From Azolla caroliniana (Eukaryota; Plantae; Polypodiophyta), in the NCBI GenBank assembly GCA_043228905.1, contig JBHGNT010000017.1, positions 17,980,001-18,044,000 on the forward strand: a DNA stretch of 64,000 nt. The letters run 5' to 3'. Below the pieces are notes generated by a model. The model had not been told where the DNA came from and ran no database searches. It saw nothing but the letters and a program-made list of their open reading frames with translations. Each line of letters opens with the position of its first letter. Positions within the stretch are counted from its first letter, which is position 1. Positions 24,801 to 35,757 of the stretch are shown here, one piece after another. The translations under genes were made by a program, and so were the position numbers.

Positions 24801-26694
24801 CAAAAGAAAGCAATAAGTTGTAGGTGGATATATAAGGTAAAATATAACGTTGATGGCTCGGTAAATCGCTACTATAAGGCACGATTCGTAGTTAAGGGAT
24901 ATGCTAAAACTCACAAAGTTGATTATGAGGAGACCTTTGCCCCAGTAGCAAAGAGGACGATTGTTCAGACATTCAATACTCTCGCAACTACAAAAGGGTG
25001 GTACCTCCACCAGATGGATGTAAAGAACGCCTTCCTACACAACGACTTAGAAGAGGAGGTTTTCATGATTCAACCACCCGGTTTCGAATCAACCATACAC
25101 CCGAAAGCAGTTTGCCGACTCGAGAAGCTGCTTTATGGACTCAAGCAAGCACTGTGTGCTTGGCATTTGAAGATCACTCAATATCTTCACCAAATCGGCT
25201 TTCGAATGTCGAAATCAAACAACTCCCTATACATAAAAAACGAGTCGAACAATCCGATTGTCATCATTCTATATGTGGATGATCTAGTCATCGGAGGAAA
25301 GAATCTAGCCGACACTAATAAGGTCAAATCACTTCTATCCGGCAAATTCAAAATGAAAGATATGCACAAGCTCCATTACTTCCTCGTTATCGAAGTAATT
25401 CGGATACCATCTGGCATATTGATCTCTCAATGACACTACATTCTCAACTTGCTCTACAAGTTCGGGATGACTGAGTGCAAACCTGTATCGACCCCCCTCG
25501 ATCGAAACCTCAAGCTCGATGCCGACTCTGGCACTACAAAGTGCGAGCCAACTCAATATCGTCAACTGATCGGCAACTTAATCTATCTTACCATCACACA
25601 ACCCGACCTCAGTTATTCGGTTAGTCTACTTAGCCAATTCTTGCAGAAACTCAAGATATACATCTAGATTGTGTTAAGAGAGTACTCAAGTAAGTCTGTG
25701 GAACAATGGATTATGGCATTATATATAAGTCAGATATGATCATTCAGCTCGAAGGGTACACAGATGTAGATTGGGTCGGCTATAAGGCCGATAGACGATC
25801 AACGTCCAGATTCGTCTTCTCACTCGGCAGCGGAGCCATCTCATGGAGCAATAAAAAGCAGTTGATAGTCGCAATGTCAAGCATGAAGGCCGAATATAAG
25901 GGGGCGGTCGTTGCCACATGCGAAGCCGTTTGGCTGAAGTGTATGCTGAAGGATCTGGGCGCTCCCATCAAGTATCTGATTCTCTTGTACTGTGACAACA
26001 TGAGCAATATTCATCTGGCTCTAAACCCGAAGTTCCACGTGCGGACTAAGCACATTGAAGTCCACTATCACTTCATCCGAGAGCACGTTAGGCCGAAAAT
26101 GTCGACCTACAACACATCAACATGAACCTTCATGTTACCGACATCTTCACCAAGGCCTTAGGAGTCGATAAGCTCGAGCAATTTACATTGGACCTTGGTC
26201 TCACGATATTTGAATTGTTGAGCTTGAGGGGGAGTACCGAATAGAAGTCGTTGTTGCCATATAATAGTTGATTAGTCGATCGAAGCTGACGTCGAAGTAT
26301 GCTGATGACAGTCGAGCAAAACAAGGAGCATGAAGGAATCGAGCAGTTGAAAATGTCCTGACTGATCATCCGAACACAAAGCTGAAAGTCGAATCCAGCC
26401 GAAGAACCGAATCGAAGTAATTCGAAAGTCGAAGTCGATTTAGCCGAATCAAAGTATTTTTGAAGACTGAACCGAACCAAATTTTCAGCGTCTTGAAGTT
26501 GTGTTCAAAGGGGTGTGTTGAGAATCGAACATAACTTTCTCAAATGACTTTCACACTAGCCAATGGACATACTAGGCTAGTTTTGTAAATAGTAGAACGA
26601 GCAATTGCCTTAGACTAATTGGTCTTTAAACCAACCTTTTGTAACTTAGTTATTGTTGGATGTAATCATATTTTTCATTGAGCTTCTTGTTCTT

Positions 26695-26730
<36 letters not shown>
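21742..26730 (+). mobile_element. Decayed Ty1/Copia LTR retrotransposon; 5' LTR remnant 21742-21913, PBS 21914-21925, 3' LTR from ~26516 interrupted at (CT)n
   Basis: PBS tggtatcagagc (tRNA-iMet); gag, integrase (HLDVWGP, FIDDFSR), RT (LHQMDVKNAFL, LYVDD), RNase H (HIEVHYHFIRE) broken by many stops and frameshifts; agttattgttggatgtaatcat shared at 21742 and 26648. Confidence 0.93.
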
Positions 26731-26731
<1 letters not shown>

Positions 26732-29700
26732 GGATGTCGGATGTGAATGCATATGAGGCACATTGAGTTGGGAAACATGGTGTTACTCGCTTCAGAGAAA
26801 GGTCCATTGTATGCACAATGACGGATGATACAAAGTGGTGGATCATACTCAAAAATAGTTGGGTATACCTCAAAGGTACGCAATGCTTTGTGAGTGAAGA
26901 TCGTACTATCTCACAACAAAATGCCCATCGTAAAGCATATGAAGAAAGATTGAAAATTAAGGTTAAGGATGTGCTTAAAGATGGAAATGTAGGCAAATAG
27001 GGACACGTGACCTATGAGACTAAACCAGTCTTTTACGATTATGTTTTTGGAATTGCAATGGATACCCATGGAATGCGGGATTCGGCATAGAGGAGTTCAT
27101 CGATGACTCGGATATCACACTTCTTGTTGAAACATGGGAGCATGATACTCAAACGATTCAAGGTTTAGGAAACTATAATGTACACTCTTTGATATGGGAG
27201 AAAAATCCAAGACAAAGAAGAGGACAAGGAGGGGTGGCATGTTTGATTAAGAAGGAAATAGAGAAATATGTGTCAATCGTAAAAAATGATGAACATAAAT
27301 GCTACATATGGCTCAAAATAGAAACACCTAATGATTTTCCCACTTTTGTCGTTGGATGTTACATTCCTCATCAAGATTCTAACTTCTATGCTTGTTTGGA
27401 TAAAGATCAACCTTTTGCAAATCTAGAAGATGATATTGCTTATTTCAAATCCAAAGGGGAAGTTATTGTCTTTGGTGACATGAATGCTCGTACAAGAAGT
27501 TTCCAACTTGGTTCACAAGAATCTTTCATGTCACATATCTCAAGGATGCAAGAGGATATGCAAATGTATAGTCGATCTTCTAGTGATGAAAAAGATCCGG
27601 ACCAATTTGAGAAACTACTCCTACAAATGTGCAATAGTACCGGATTGCTTATTGCAAATGGTGTTTCCTTATGGCCCAATACTAACGGCTTTACATGTAG
27701 AAAACACAATGGAAATAGTGTGATTGACTATGTGCTACTTTCCGAAGGTATTTTAGATCGTATACATAAATTCTCATTGGGGGAATGGACACCAGAATCC
27801 GATCATAGGAATTTATGTATTGATCTCAAATGTATGCATAGGTTTGATTGCGAGAAGGTCATTGAAGATAGTAAACAAATGCACTTGAGCATGAATCTTA
27901 AGCGAGCGCCCATGTATTCCAAGATGGTTGAGGATATGTTACAAATGACAAAGACACAACATGGTGCCACACTAGAATGCAAATGGGGAGCTTTTAAGAA
28001 TGTCATTCTCTCTTGTACAAACAAATGTTTTTTGACCAACCGCACATCATGGAAATGCACCAAGAAACGTAAGAAAAAATGGTTTGATAAAGAATGTCAT
28101 GAAGCTCGAAAGTGCCTTATGGTTTTGGATGTAGTTAAGGATAAGGAAAATTACCAAAAGCATTTGCATGACTATAAAAAGCTTATTCAAAGAAAGAGAA
28201 GAATATGGGAAGTTACTCAACAACTTCTCCAAACACAAGAGAAAGCACATGCATGTGCTAAATTTTGGGGAAATCTAAAGGGGAAACATGTTGAGAGTTA
28301 TGGTGACTTAACTCTTCATGACTTGTCGATGCATTGTACGAATTTATATGAGTTATCTCTTGCCGGAAAGATGATGTGTTATGGTTCTCTTTCACATATG
28401 TCTCCCTTCTTTACAATTGAAGATATATGCACAGGACTTAAGAAATTGGCCTCTCGAAAGGCAAGCGATCTTCAAGGTATAAAAGCTGAAATGCTCAAAA
28501 GGACGGGAAAGGAAGCACATATATGGATATGCGATATGTTTAATGATGCATTGTAACTTGGTATGCCATATGATTGGACTACAAATTGGATCAAACCTTT
28601 ACATAAAGGCGGAGATGTAATAATGTAAACAACTATCAAACCATCATGGTTGGCTCATTAATGGCAAAACTATTTGGATGTATAATGGAATCCAAGGTAA
28701 GTGTATGGGCAGAAAAAAATGGTAAGAGAGCTTATGGACAAGCTGGTTTTCGAAAACAGCATACCACCATTGATCATCTTGTCACTCTTCGAGTATTAAT
28801 GGAGGAAAGTCGGCTTAGAGATAAAGGTTTATATTGTTGCTTTGTAGACTTCAAGAAACCTTTTGATATAGTACCTCGTGAGCATCTTTGGAGGTGGATT
28901 GAAGAACTTGAGGTGTCAAGTGAATATATGCTTGCAATTTCCCGAATATATGAGAAGGTTATATGTTGTGTGTGTATGAGAGATAGACTTTCAGATTTTT
29001 TCAATAACACTATTGGTGTTAAACAAGGATGCCCACTCTCACCAACATTATTTGGTCTATGCATTGATGAATTAGAAAAAATGGTTACCAAGTTTGTAAA
29101 GGAAGAATGTGTTGAAGAAGTTGCCATTGGGAATGTTGTGATTATGCTTTTGTTATATGCAGATGATGTAGTGTTTTTTGCAAATACTTCAGGAGATGCA
29201 CAAAAGCTTATGAAGGCATTGGAAAATTTTTGCATGCATACTAGATTAAGTGTCAATAGCTCTAAACCAAAGATTACGCTTGTGAAGAGTCAAAAAAGAG
29301 ATAAACCATGCTTTACGTACAACAATGAGCCACTTGAATGTGTGGAAAGCTTCAAATATCTTGGCCTTGAACTTCCTTCAAATCATAAATGGAATGAATG
29401 TGCTACACGCTGCTTAGAGGCAGGTAAGCGAGCATATTATGCATTTGAGAACACATGCAATCTTGGAGATATTAAGTGTTGGGTCCTCAAGAAATATCTT
29501 TTCAACACTTTGGTGACCCCAGTTCCTCTCTATGGGGTGGAAGTATGGGGCGGTAGCATCCCTAAGTCTACGTGGAAAGAGTTTGAAAATGTCCAAAAAC
29601 ATTTTCTTACAAAGTTTCTACAAGTTAAGAAACAAATGCCCTACACCCTCCTCCTCCTTGAGACGAGATCACTTCCCATTGAGATCATGGCCATGGAAAG

Positions 29701-30445
29701 GGTTGTTGAATACATGCTTAAGGTTCAAAAAAGCCCCTCACATCGACTTCCTAAAATTGCATGGGAAGCAAGAAAAAAGATCCAAAAGACGCATAAAAGC
29801 AAAATTTTGTGTTCCGGTTGGATGCAAGATTTAGAAAAATGGTTTGGTAGATGGGATGCAAGACACTTGCTTCATGATGCGTCACTAGATTCCTTTGTAA
29901 ATGAGGCCTTTTTGCAACGCCAATGTATCATGGCATGGGACAAATGTGGTGGCTCACGCTTCACACATTATACTACAAATGTTGCACCTAACTACAAAAC
30001 CATATTCTTCGCAGAACGAGGAAGTCGTATACATCGATACATGTTAGAGCCCATCCCGATATCTGCCATTCGAACCATTGCTTCCATGCAACTTAGCTCG
30101 CACACATTGAGATGTGAGACGGAGCGTTGGGGCACAAGTGATGAGAGTGGCCGACTATGCAATCTTTGCCCTAAACAAGTTCGAGAGTCTAAGTATCACA
30201 CTTTGATACAATGCTCTACCTTTGATCATATTCGACCATGCTTTCCACATCTCTTCGATCGAGCCCAATCCTTGCACAAATTTCTCTCACAACCACGATG
30301 TGCACTCTCGATTGCAACATTCATTAGTAAAGTTCTTGAACATCGAGAGTCTCTACTCATCTTCACACGTATCACGTGAAATGTAATATTTTTGGTCTCA
30401 TAGGTCATATTTGACCTCTGAAGACGATAATATAACCTATCTATC
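26731..30445 (+). mobile_element. 5'-truncated LINE, RTE-X-like: ORF1 C-terminus (to 27000) and ORF2 (~27014-30379) with APE endonuclease, RT and C-terminal Cys/His motif; disabled by few lesions
   Basis: ORF1 AH*VGK..SIVCTM..ILKN..LKGT..FVSEDRT; EN FWNCNG, LVETW, GDMNAR, IDY, SDH; RT GVKQGCPLSP, LLYADD; HTLRCETERW..RLCNLC..H..C; stop at 28554-28556 and frameshift ~28620; (CTAT)n tail. Confidence 0.9.
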
Positions 30446-30454
30446 TCTACACGT

Positions 30455-31040
30455 TGTCGTGGAGAAATCCTAGGTACAAGTCGCCTGAGGCAAAATCCTA
30501 GGTAGTATGCGTTCAGTAGAGAGGAAATCGAAGCATATCCCTATCCGAAAGGATAGGGAATAAACATGATGTAACGACCTCCCTCCTTGGGTTATAAAAG
30601 AGAGGGAGAAGTGAGGGAAATACATCGCGTTTTTGGGGGAGCGAGGAGGAAGTGCTGTCGGACCGAGACCGAGCTCTCTCCTCCATCGTTCGACTTTCTC
30701 TGCAGGATTTCGGACTGTGTTGCCTCTGCTTCGTGGATAGCCCGTGTGCTTTCGGTAAAGCTCCACAGTGCAGTCAGGGTTGCGTGCGTGCGAGAGCATC
30801 GTATGTGTGTGTGTGTGTATTCGCCTGAGTTGGGTCCGTTGCCGGCTTGCCGGTTGTAATCGTTATTGGTTTTGTAATTAAGACTCTGTGCTCTCTCTCT
30901 TTCTCCCTCTGTGTTTCTGCAAGCTAGGTTTTCTCTCTCTCTTCTTTCTCACGCTCCTTGGTTCAAGGCCCCCGCGGTCCCGCCTCTTTCCACATGCGAA
31001 GAGCGTAACAACTCGACATATTTGGTGAACCCGACGTGAA
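30455..31040 (+). mobile_element. LTR (30455-31018) plus tRNA-Trp primer-binding site (31023-31040) of a truncated, probably Ty3/Gypsy element
   Basis: Termini tgtcg...cgaca; TATAAAA at ~30593; tggtgaacccgacgtgaa is complementary to the 3' end of plant cytosolic tRNA-Trp; no gag/pol follows. Confidence 0.85.
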
Positions 31041-31919
31041 AAGGCGGCAAGCCCATTTGATTGCATAAAATATGACACGTTCCTCATTCCTGAACTACGT
31101 GATCTTAGATTTCTACACATGTCGATGTTAAATGATGGATTGGATTCTTCCCCAAAGAGATGTTATCCTAACTATCACAATATAAGGTCATAGCGAAATT
31201 TGGGACGATCTATCGAAACATGCCAACTAGTCAATTAACCATAACGCTTCCTTAGTTGCGTCCAATGTTGCTACAATGGTGCAAGTCCTTGCACAATCCT
31301 AATGTAAGATCTCCATGAGATTGCTCCACGGTCTACAAATTGGAGGAAATAACATAGGTTGATTTTCAATTGTCATAAATCTATATAACTGACTAAACTA
31401 GTTGTTTTAAGTTGAGGGTTTGTTTGCCCAAATTGATTCTTAAGTCTTGTGCGGAAATCAAATATGTAAATACATGCTTTCCAATGTGGTCAGTTGGGAT
31501 TGTTTATTAATTTGCTTATTGTCATTGCACACACTAAATCATGTTGAGTTGCGACCATCATAGAGCCAACAGTTGGTGTGCATGGTATTGACATTTGACC
31601 CCCTCTGGATGAGATGTTGGACAAACTTTCTTATATACACATGTTAACATGATGATTACACTCCTAAATGTGCATATACCTTGAGAATCAATTTGTGCGC
31701 AATAGATTATGATTATATGTGTAGAGTAGTTTTCTAATGACACAGTAACCTTCTTAATATTAGTTTTGAGCTTGGATATACAAGGTCTAATTTTGATAAG
31801 TATGGATTGAATCAAAGCTCACAACAATATCAGTGATATTATTTAGGAAGTTAGGTTTTGTAATCAAGTAAAGTTATACAAGTTTCAAAAGTATACTTCT
31901 CGCAGGGTTTAGCCATACA

Positions 31920-32535
31920 ATGGCAAACACTCGCAAGGGGGCAACAATGTCTGAGACTACGATCGTTAAGGATACGAGATAACTAAAGATTCTTGATATT
32001 AATGCAACAAATCCACCCAAAATGGAGACAATGCTTATGAATCATTTGATTTCTCTTCAAGAAACCATAAACAAGCAAAAGTGATGAGATTAGGCCACTC
32101 ACGAATGAGAATGCAAAAGTACAAATTATTGTTATTGAGAATGAGAGTCTTAAGAAAACTATTGCAAAACTTGAAGATGAGATTAGATAACGTAAAGAAG
32201 TTTGACTAAAAACATATGAGTGTTTAAACAAGATTAGGTTAAATAAAGGAGGTGGGATGTGTGTGAAATGAAAAAATGTATGCTCAACAAAGTCGTGGAC
32301 TAATGTATGTAGTTGGGGTTGTCAATAACTCGTCTATTAATAATTATACCCTTTATGAATCAAGAAAAGAATGTAGAAAGTATAGATTACCAAGAGTTGA
32401 AAACAAATGAACGGAGATCCAAGAACATTGACATATATGAGAATAATGAGGAGAGTATGAAAACACCATCCCTCAGATAGATCATCAATGAATTCTTTAG
32501 TATGCACCATGGTATGTTAGACATGGTTACACTTT
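31920..32535 (+). mobile_element. Highly degenerate LINE ORF1-like remnant
   Basis: MANTRKG..., coiled-coil ENESLKKTIAKLEDEIR, ELKTNERRSKNI, FFSMHHGMLDMV resembling GMSDV at the start of the young LINE; many stops. Confidence 0.35.
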
Positions 32536-34391
32536 TTAAAAATAAATTTATTTCCTTTTGTTTCATGATCTTTTGATTAATTAGAGTTAAACAAAACATG
32601 TCTAGATTCCATATGATGAGCATACAATTTTGAAAACCTCATTACTCATCAAAGGCCATTATTTGCTTCCATCTATCATTTATCAATGCATGGGACATAA
32701 CCATTCATTGATCCTATTTTCTACATTTTAAAATGCAAAGATGTTGTCGATTATAGGTCCCAACTCCCATCCATATTTATTGATGCAAGAAGTGATGGTA
32801 GCCAGTCTTTTAATTCGAAGACGTGTATGATACATTAGTCTTAAAAGAATTTAATCGTCAATCAATACTAGCATTTAATCAGTAAAATTTTGACCTGGTA
32901 AATGATTAATATTATACATAAACTTCAATAGATCTATAACTTTGACTTATATACATTTTAGAGCCTTGAAGATTTTTATGGTTGGGTTGGCCTCATGAAA
33001 TATAATACAATTTTGCTTATCTATGCTTTACTTTGACTTTCTCTTGCTCTTTTTACTTGATACACGATCACCTAAGATTTGTACTTTGACTTTCTTCCAC
33101 CCTTTTTACTTTATACACGATCACCTAAGATTTTATTATGGTTGCATAGTCATTAACTTCGATAAACTTGAGAGATCAACTTTTCTCCTCTTCTATGTTC
33201 ATCTTTATTTCCTATGTTGTGCATAAGATTGCTCATGATGAGACGCGTAGTTGTATCCAAATCCATGTTTGTGACTCATATGATACACTTGCAGAAATTC
33301 TAGCCTTACATTTCTTATCACTTTAGAGCATCAAAGACGTTTCACAAAACAGAAAAATAACAATGGATGCAAGAGTGGAGTTGTTGACCCATATCCATAT
33401 TAAATATAAATAAAGCTAAAAATAGTCCCAAAAGATATGGACTCATTACAGGTAATCGACTTCAGACTCATTGATTATTACTAAATTGAACCTATCTGGC
33501 CATAGGAGTGAGTACCATGTGATTGCATCCGCATTCCTAATGTAAGAGTAGATGTCATGATACACATCATGACCCCTGGAAACAAATAAAAATGGGCAAA
33601 GTGGGCCCATGTTCAATAAAGTCATAACGTCTACGCCATTTTGGTGACACATAGAGGATTGGGGGGGGGGGGGGGGGGCGAAGGTTGTGCTACATACAGC
33701 CTATTCATGCACAAAAAGTAAAACAGTCTCATGAATCAAGCTCCAATAAACACACAAACAAACAAATAACTGATCGATCATCTGTCACATCCATCCTCCT
33801 TCATGTTTGGTGAAAGAAAAAAGCATGCATAAAATATGGATGGATGTGTCTGTTGACAAAATGTACACATAACAATCATACTTCAAAGACGTATGGGAGC
33901 AGAAGAAATCCGACGTGATGTGATACACGTGTATATGTGTGTAATATTATATATTAGTGCCCGTCCGCCCGCCCAACCAATGGACCGAAAATATGGAGAC
34001 AAGGTCATGTGGTCGAGTCGACTAATGTTAGGAAGGGGTTAGAAACTACTACTAAATAGTACTAACTACTACTACTACTACTCTCTTTTTTCCAAAAAGC
34101 TGCTACTACTACTACTACTACTACTACTAGCTACTAGCTACTACTAAACAAATTGCATTGATTCAAGAGAGGGGTCCACATTGTGAGTAAACAAAAAAAA
34201 ACAGAGAGGAACTTAGACAAAGACTCTACATTGCAAGAATCTCTTCCTTGCTAGCAGACTCACCTCCTTTTCTTCCTTAAACCACATCCCAATATCCATC
34301 CATCTGTTGTGTGTGTGTGTGTGTGTGTGTGTTTGTTTATGGTTGTATTTTTGTTTCCCAGATTTGTTTCCTTTGATTTGCAATACAATCC

Positions 34392-34982
34392 ATGTCTTCA
34401 AGAAGGAAACCAGTGTTGTTCCTCCCCTGCCTCAGAGCCAAGCTGGTGGCAAACCTCAAATTTTTCAATAACCATAGCTTGTATGAATCTGACTTCAACA
34501 ACATCAACAATAATAACAACAACATGAGAAGCTTGAGTAGATCAACAATCTATAGAAAGGTGAGAAATTTTGGTAGCTCCAATTCATATACCAAATTGCG
34601 AAATCGAAATCGAAATCGAGGCGATGATGATGATGATGATGATGAAGAAGAAGAAGAGAGTAAGGAGCAAAGATTTGATGGTACCAAATCAAGCAATATA
34701 AAAAAGAATGGATCGACAAACATAGCGCCATCGTCATCATCAAGGATGAGTAATGCTATAATGAGAAGGGTCAGGAAGAGGAGGAGATTCCGCGGAATCT
34801 CATATTATGCCAAGCTCAAGTGGATTTCCCCCATATGGATTCTACAAAGGCTGAAGTCTATCTATGGAAGCTTCTTCTTTGTTGATGGAGCCTCCTCTGC
34901 TTCTACTCCCATGCTTATGATGGGTTTACATTTATCAATTCCTCAACATTTCCCTACATCCTCCTTACATGCCATACTGTAG
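34392..34982 (+). CDS. Single-exon basic, low-complexity plant protein of unknown function
   Basis: 196-aa ORF with in-frame (AAC)n/(GAT)n tracts; RRRRF..KLKWISPIWILQRLKSIY resembles an uncharacterised plant small-protein family. Confidence 0.6.
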   Translation: MSSRRKPVLFLPCLRAKLVANLKFFNNHSLYESDFNNINNNNNNMRSLSRSTIYRKVRNFGSSNSYTKLRNRNRNRGDDDDDDDEEEEESKEQRFDGTKSSNIKKNGSTNIAPSSSSRMSNAIMRRVRKRRRFRGISYYAKLKWISPIWILQRLKSIYGSFFFVDGASSASTPMLMMGLHLSIPQHFPTSSLHAIL

Positions 34983-35757
34983 GCATTTCACTAGCAAAAT
35001 CCTCACCGCCAAGGTCTTCTTTTTTTTATGTACATGTATTCTGCCTTTCTTATTCTAATCTTTTTAACTCTTATTGGTATTGGTGAGCTAAGATAGCCAT
35101 TATAATCCATAACTCTTATTGCTCTTCCCTAGAGTAGAGCTCGCGGTAAATCGGAGCATAGTATTGAAATCTCACAGATGTATAATGGCAAGAGCATCGC
35201 TTCGAAAGCACGCATATGCAGATGTAAATTGGTAATTGAATCAAAATAGGTCAGGAGTATCTTGAATCCTCATAATTCAGTTGTCGGTAGCAATTTCTTA
35301 TATTCAATTTAAATCGGTGCTTCATTTTCTTGCCCATATATATAGATCAGTGTTTTCGAACAGTTTTTAACATTGTTTACGGCAATAACGCTCATCTATT
35401 AATTTCAATCGTTGGCCTTGCCATACACATCACAACTGCAATTGTGCACATAATCACATTGAAGATTATGGCACAGATGGTGATTGAAAAAAGCTGATCA
35501 TGTTACCACAAGAATGCTGCATCCAAGGGTCATCAAACAAATCATACAATAGCACCTTGGATATCAATCAAATCATTATAAAATATGCTCTTTATCATCT
35601 GTAAAATTAAATAGTCCACGTTTTGCAACATTTGAAGGTTACTACAAGAACTCATTCAAAAACTGCAAAATTTTAAATGGAAAAAATAATATTCCATACA
35701 CAAAAAACTGTGATTTATATGACTGAACACATTTCAAAAGACTCTGGGTAAACATAC

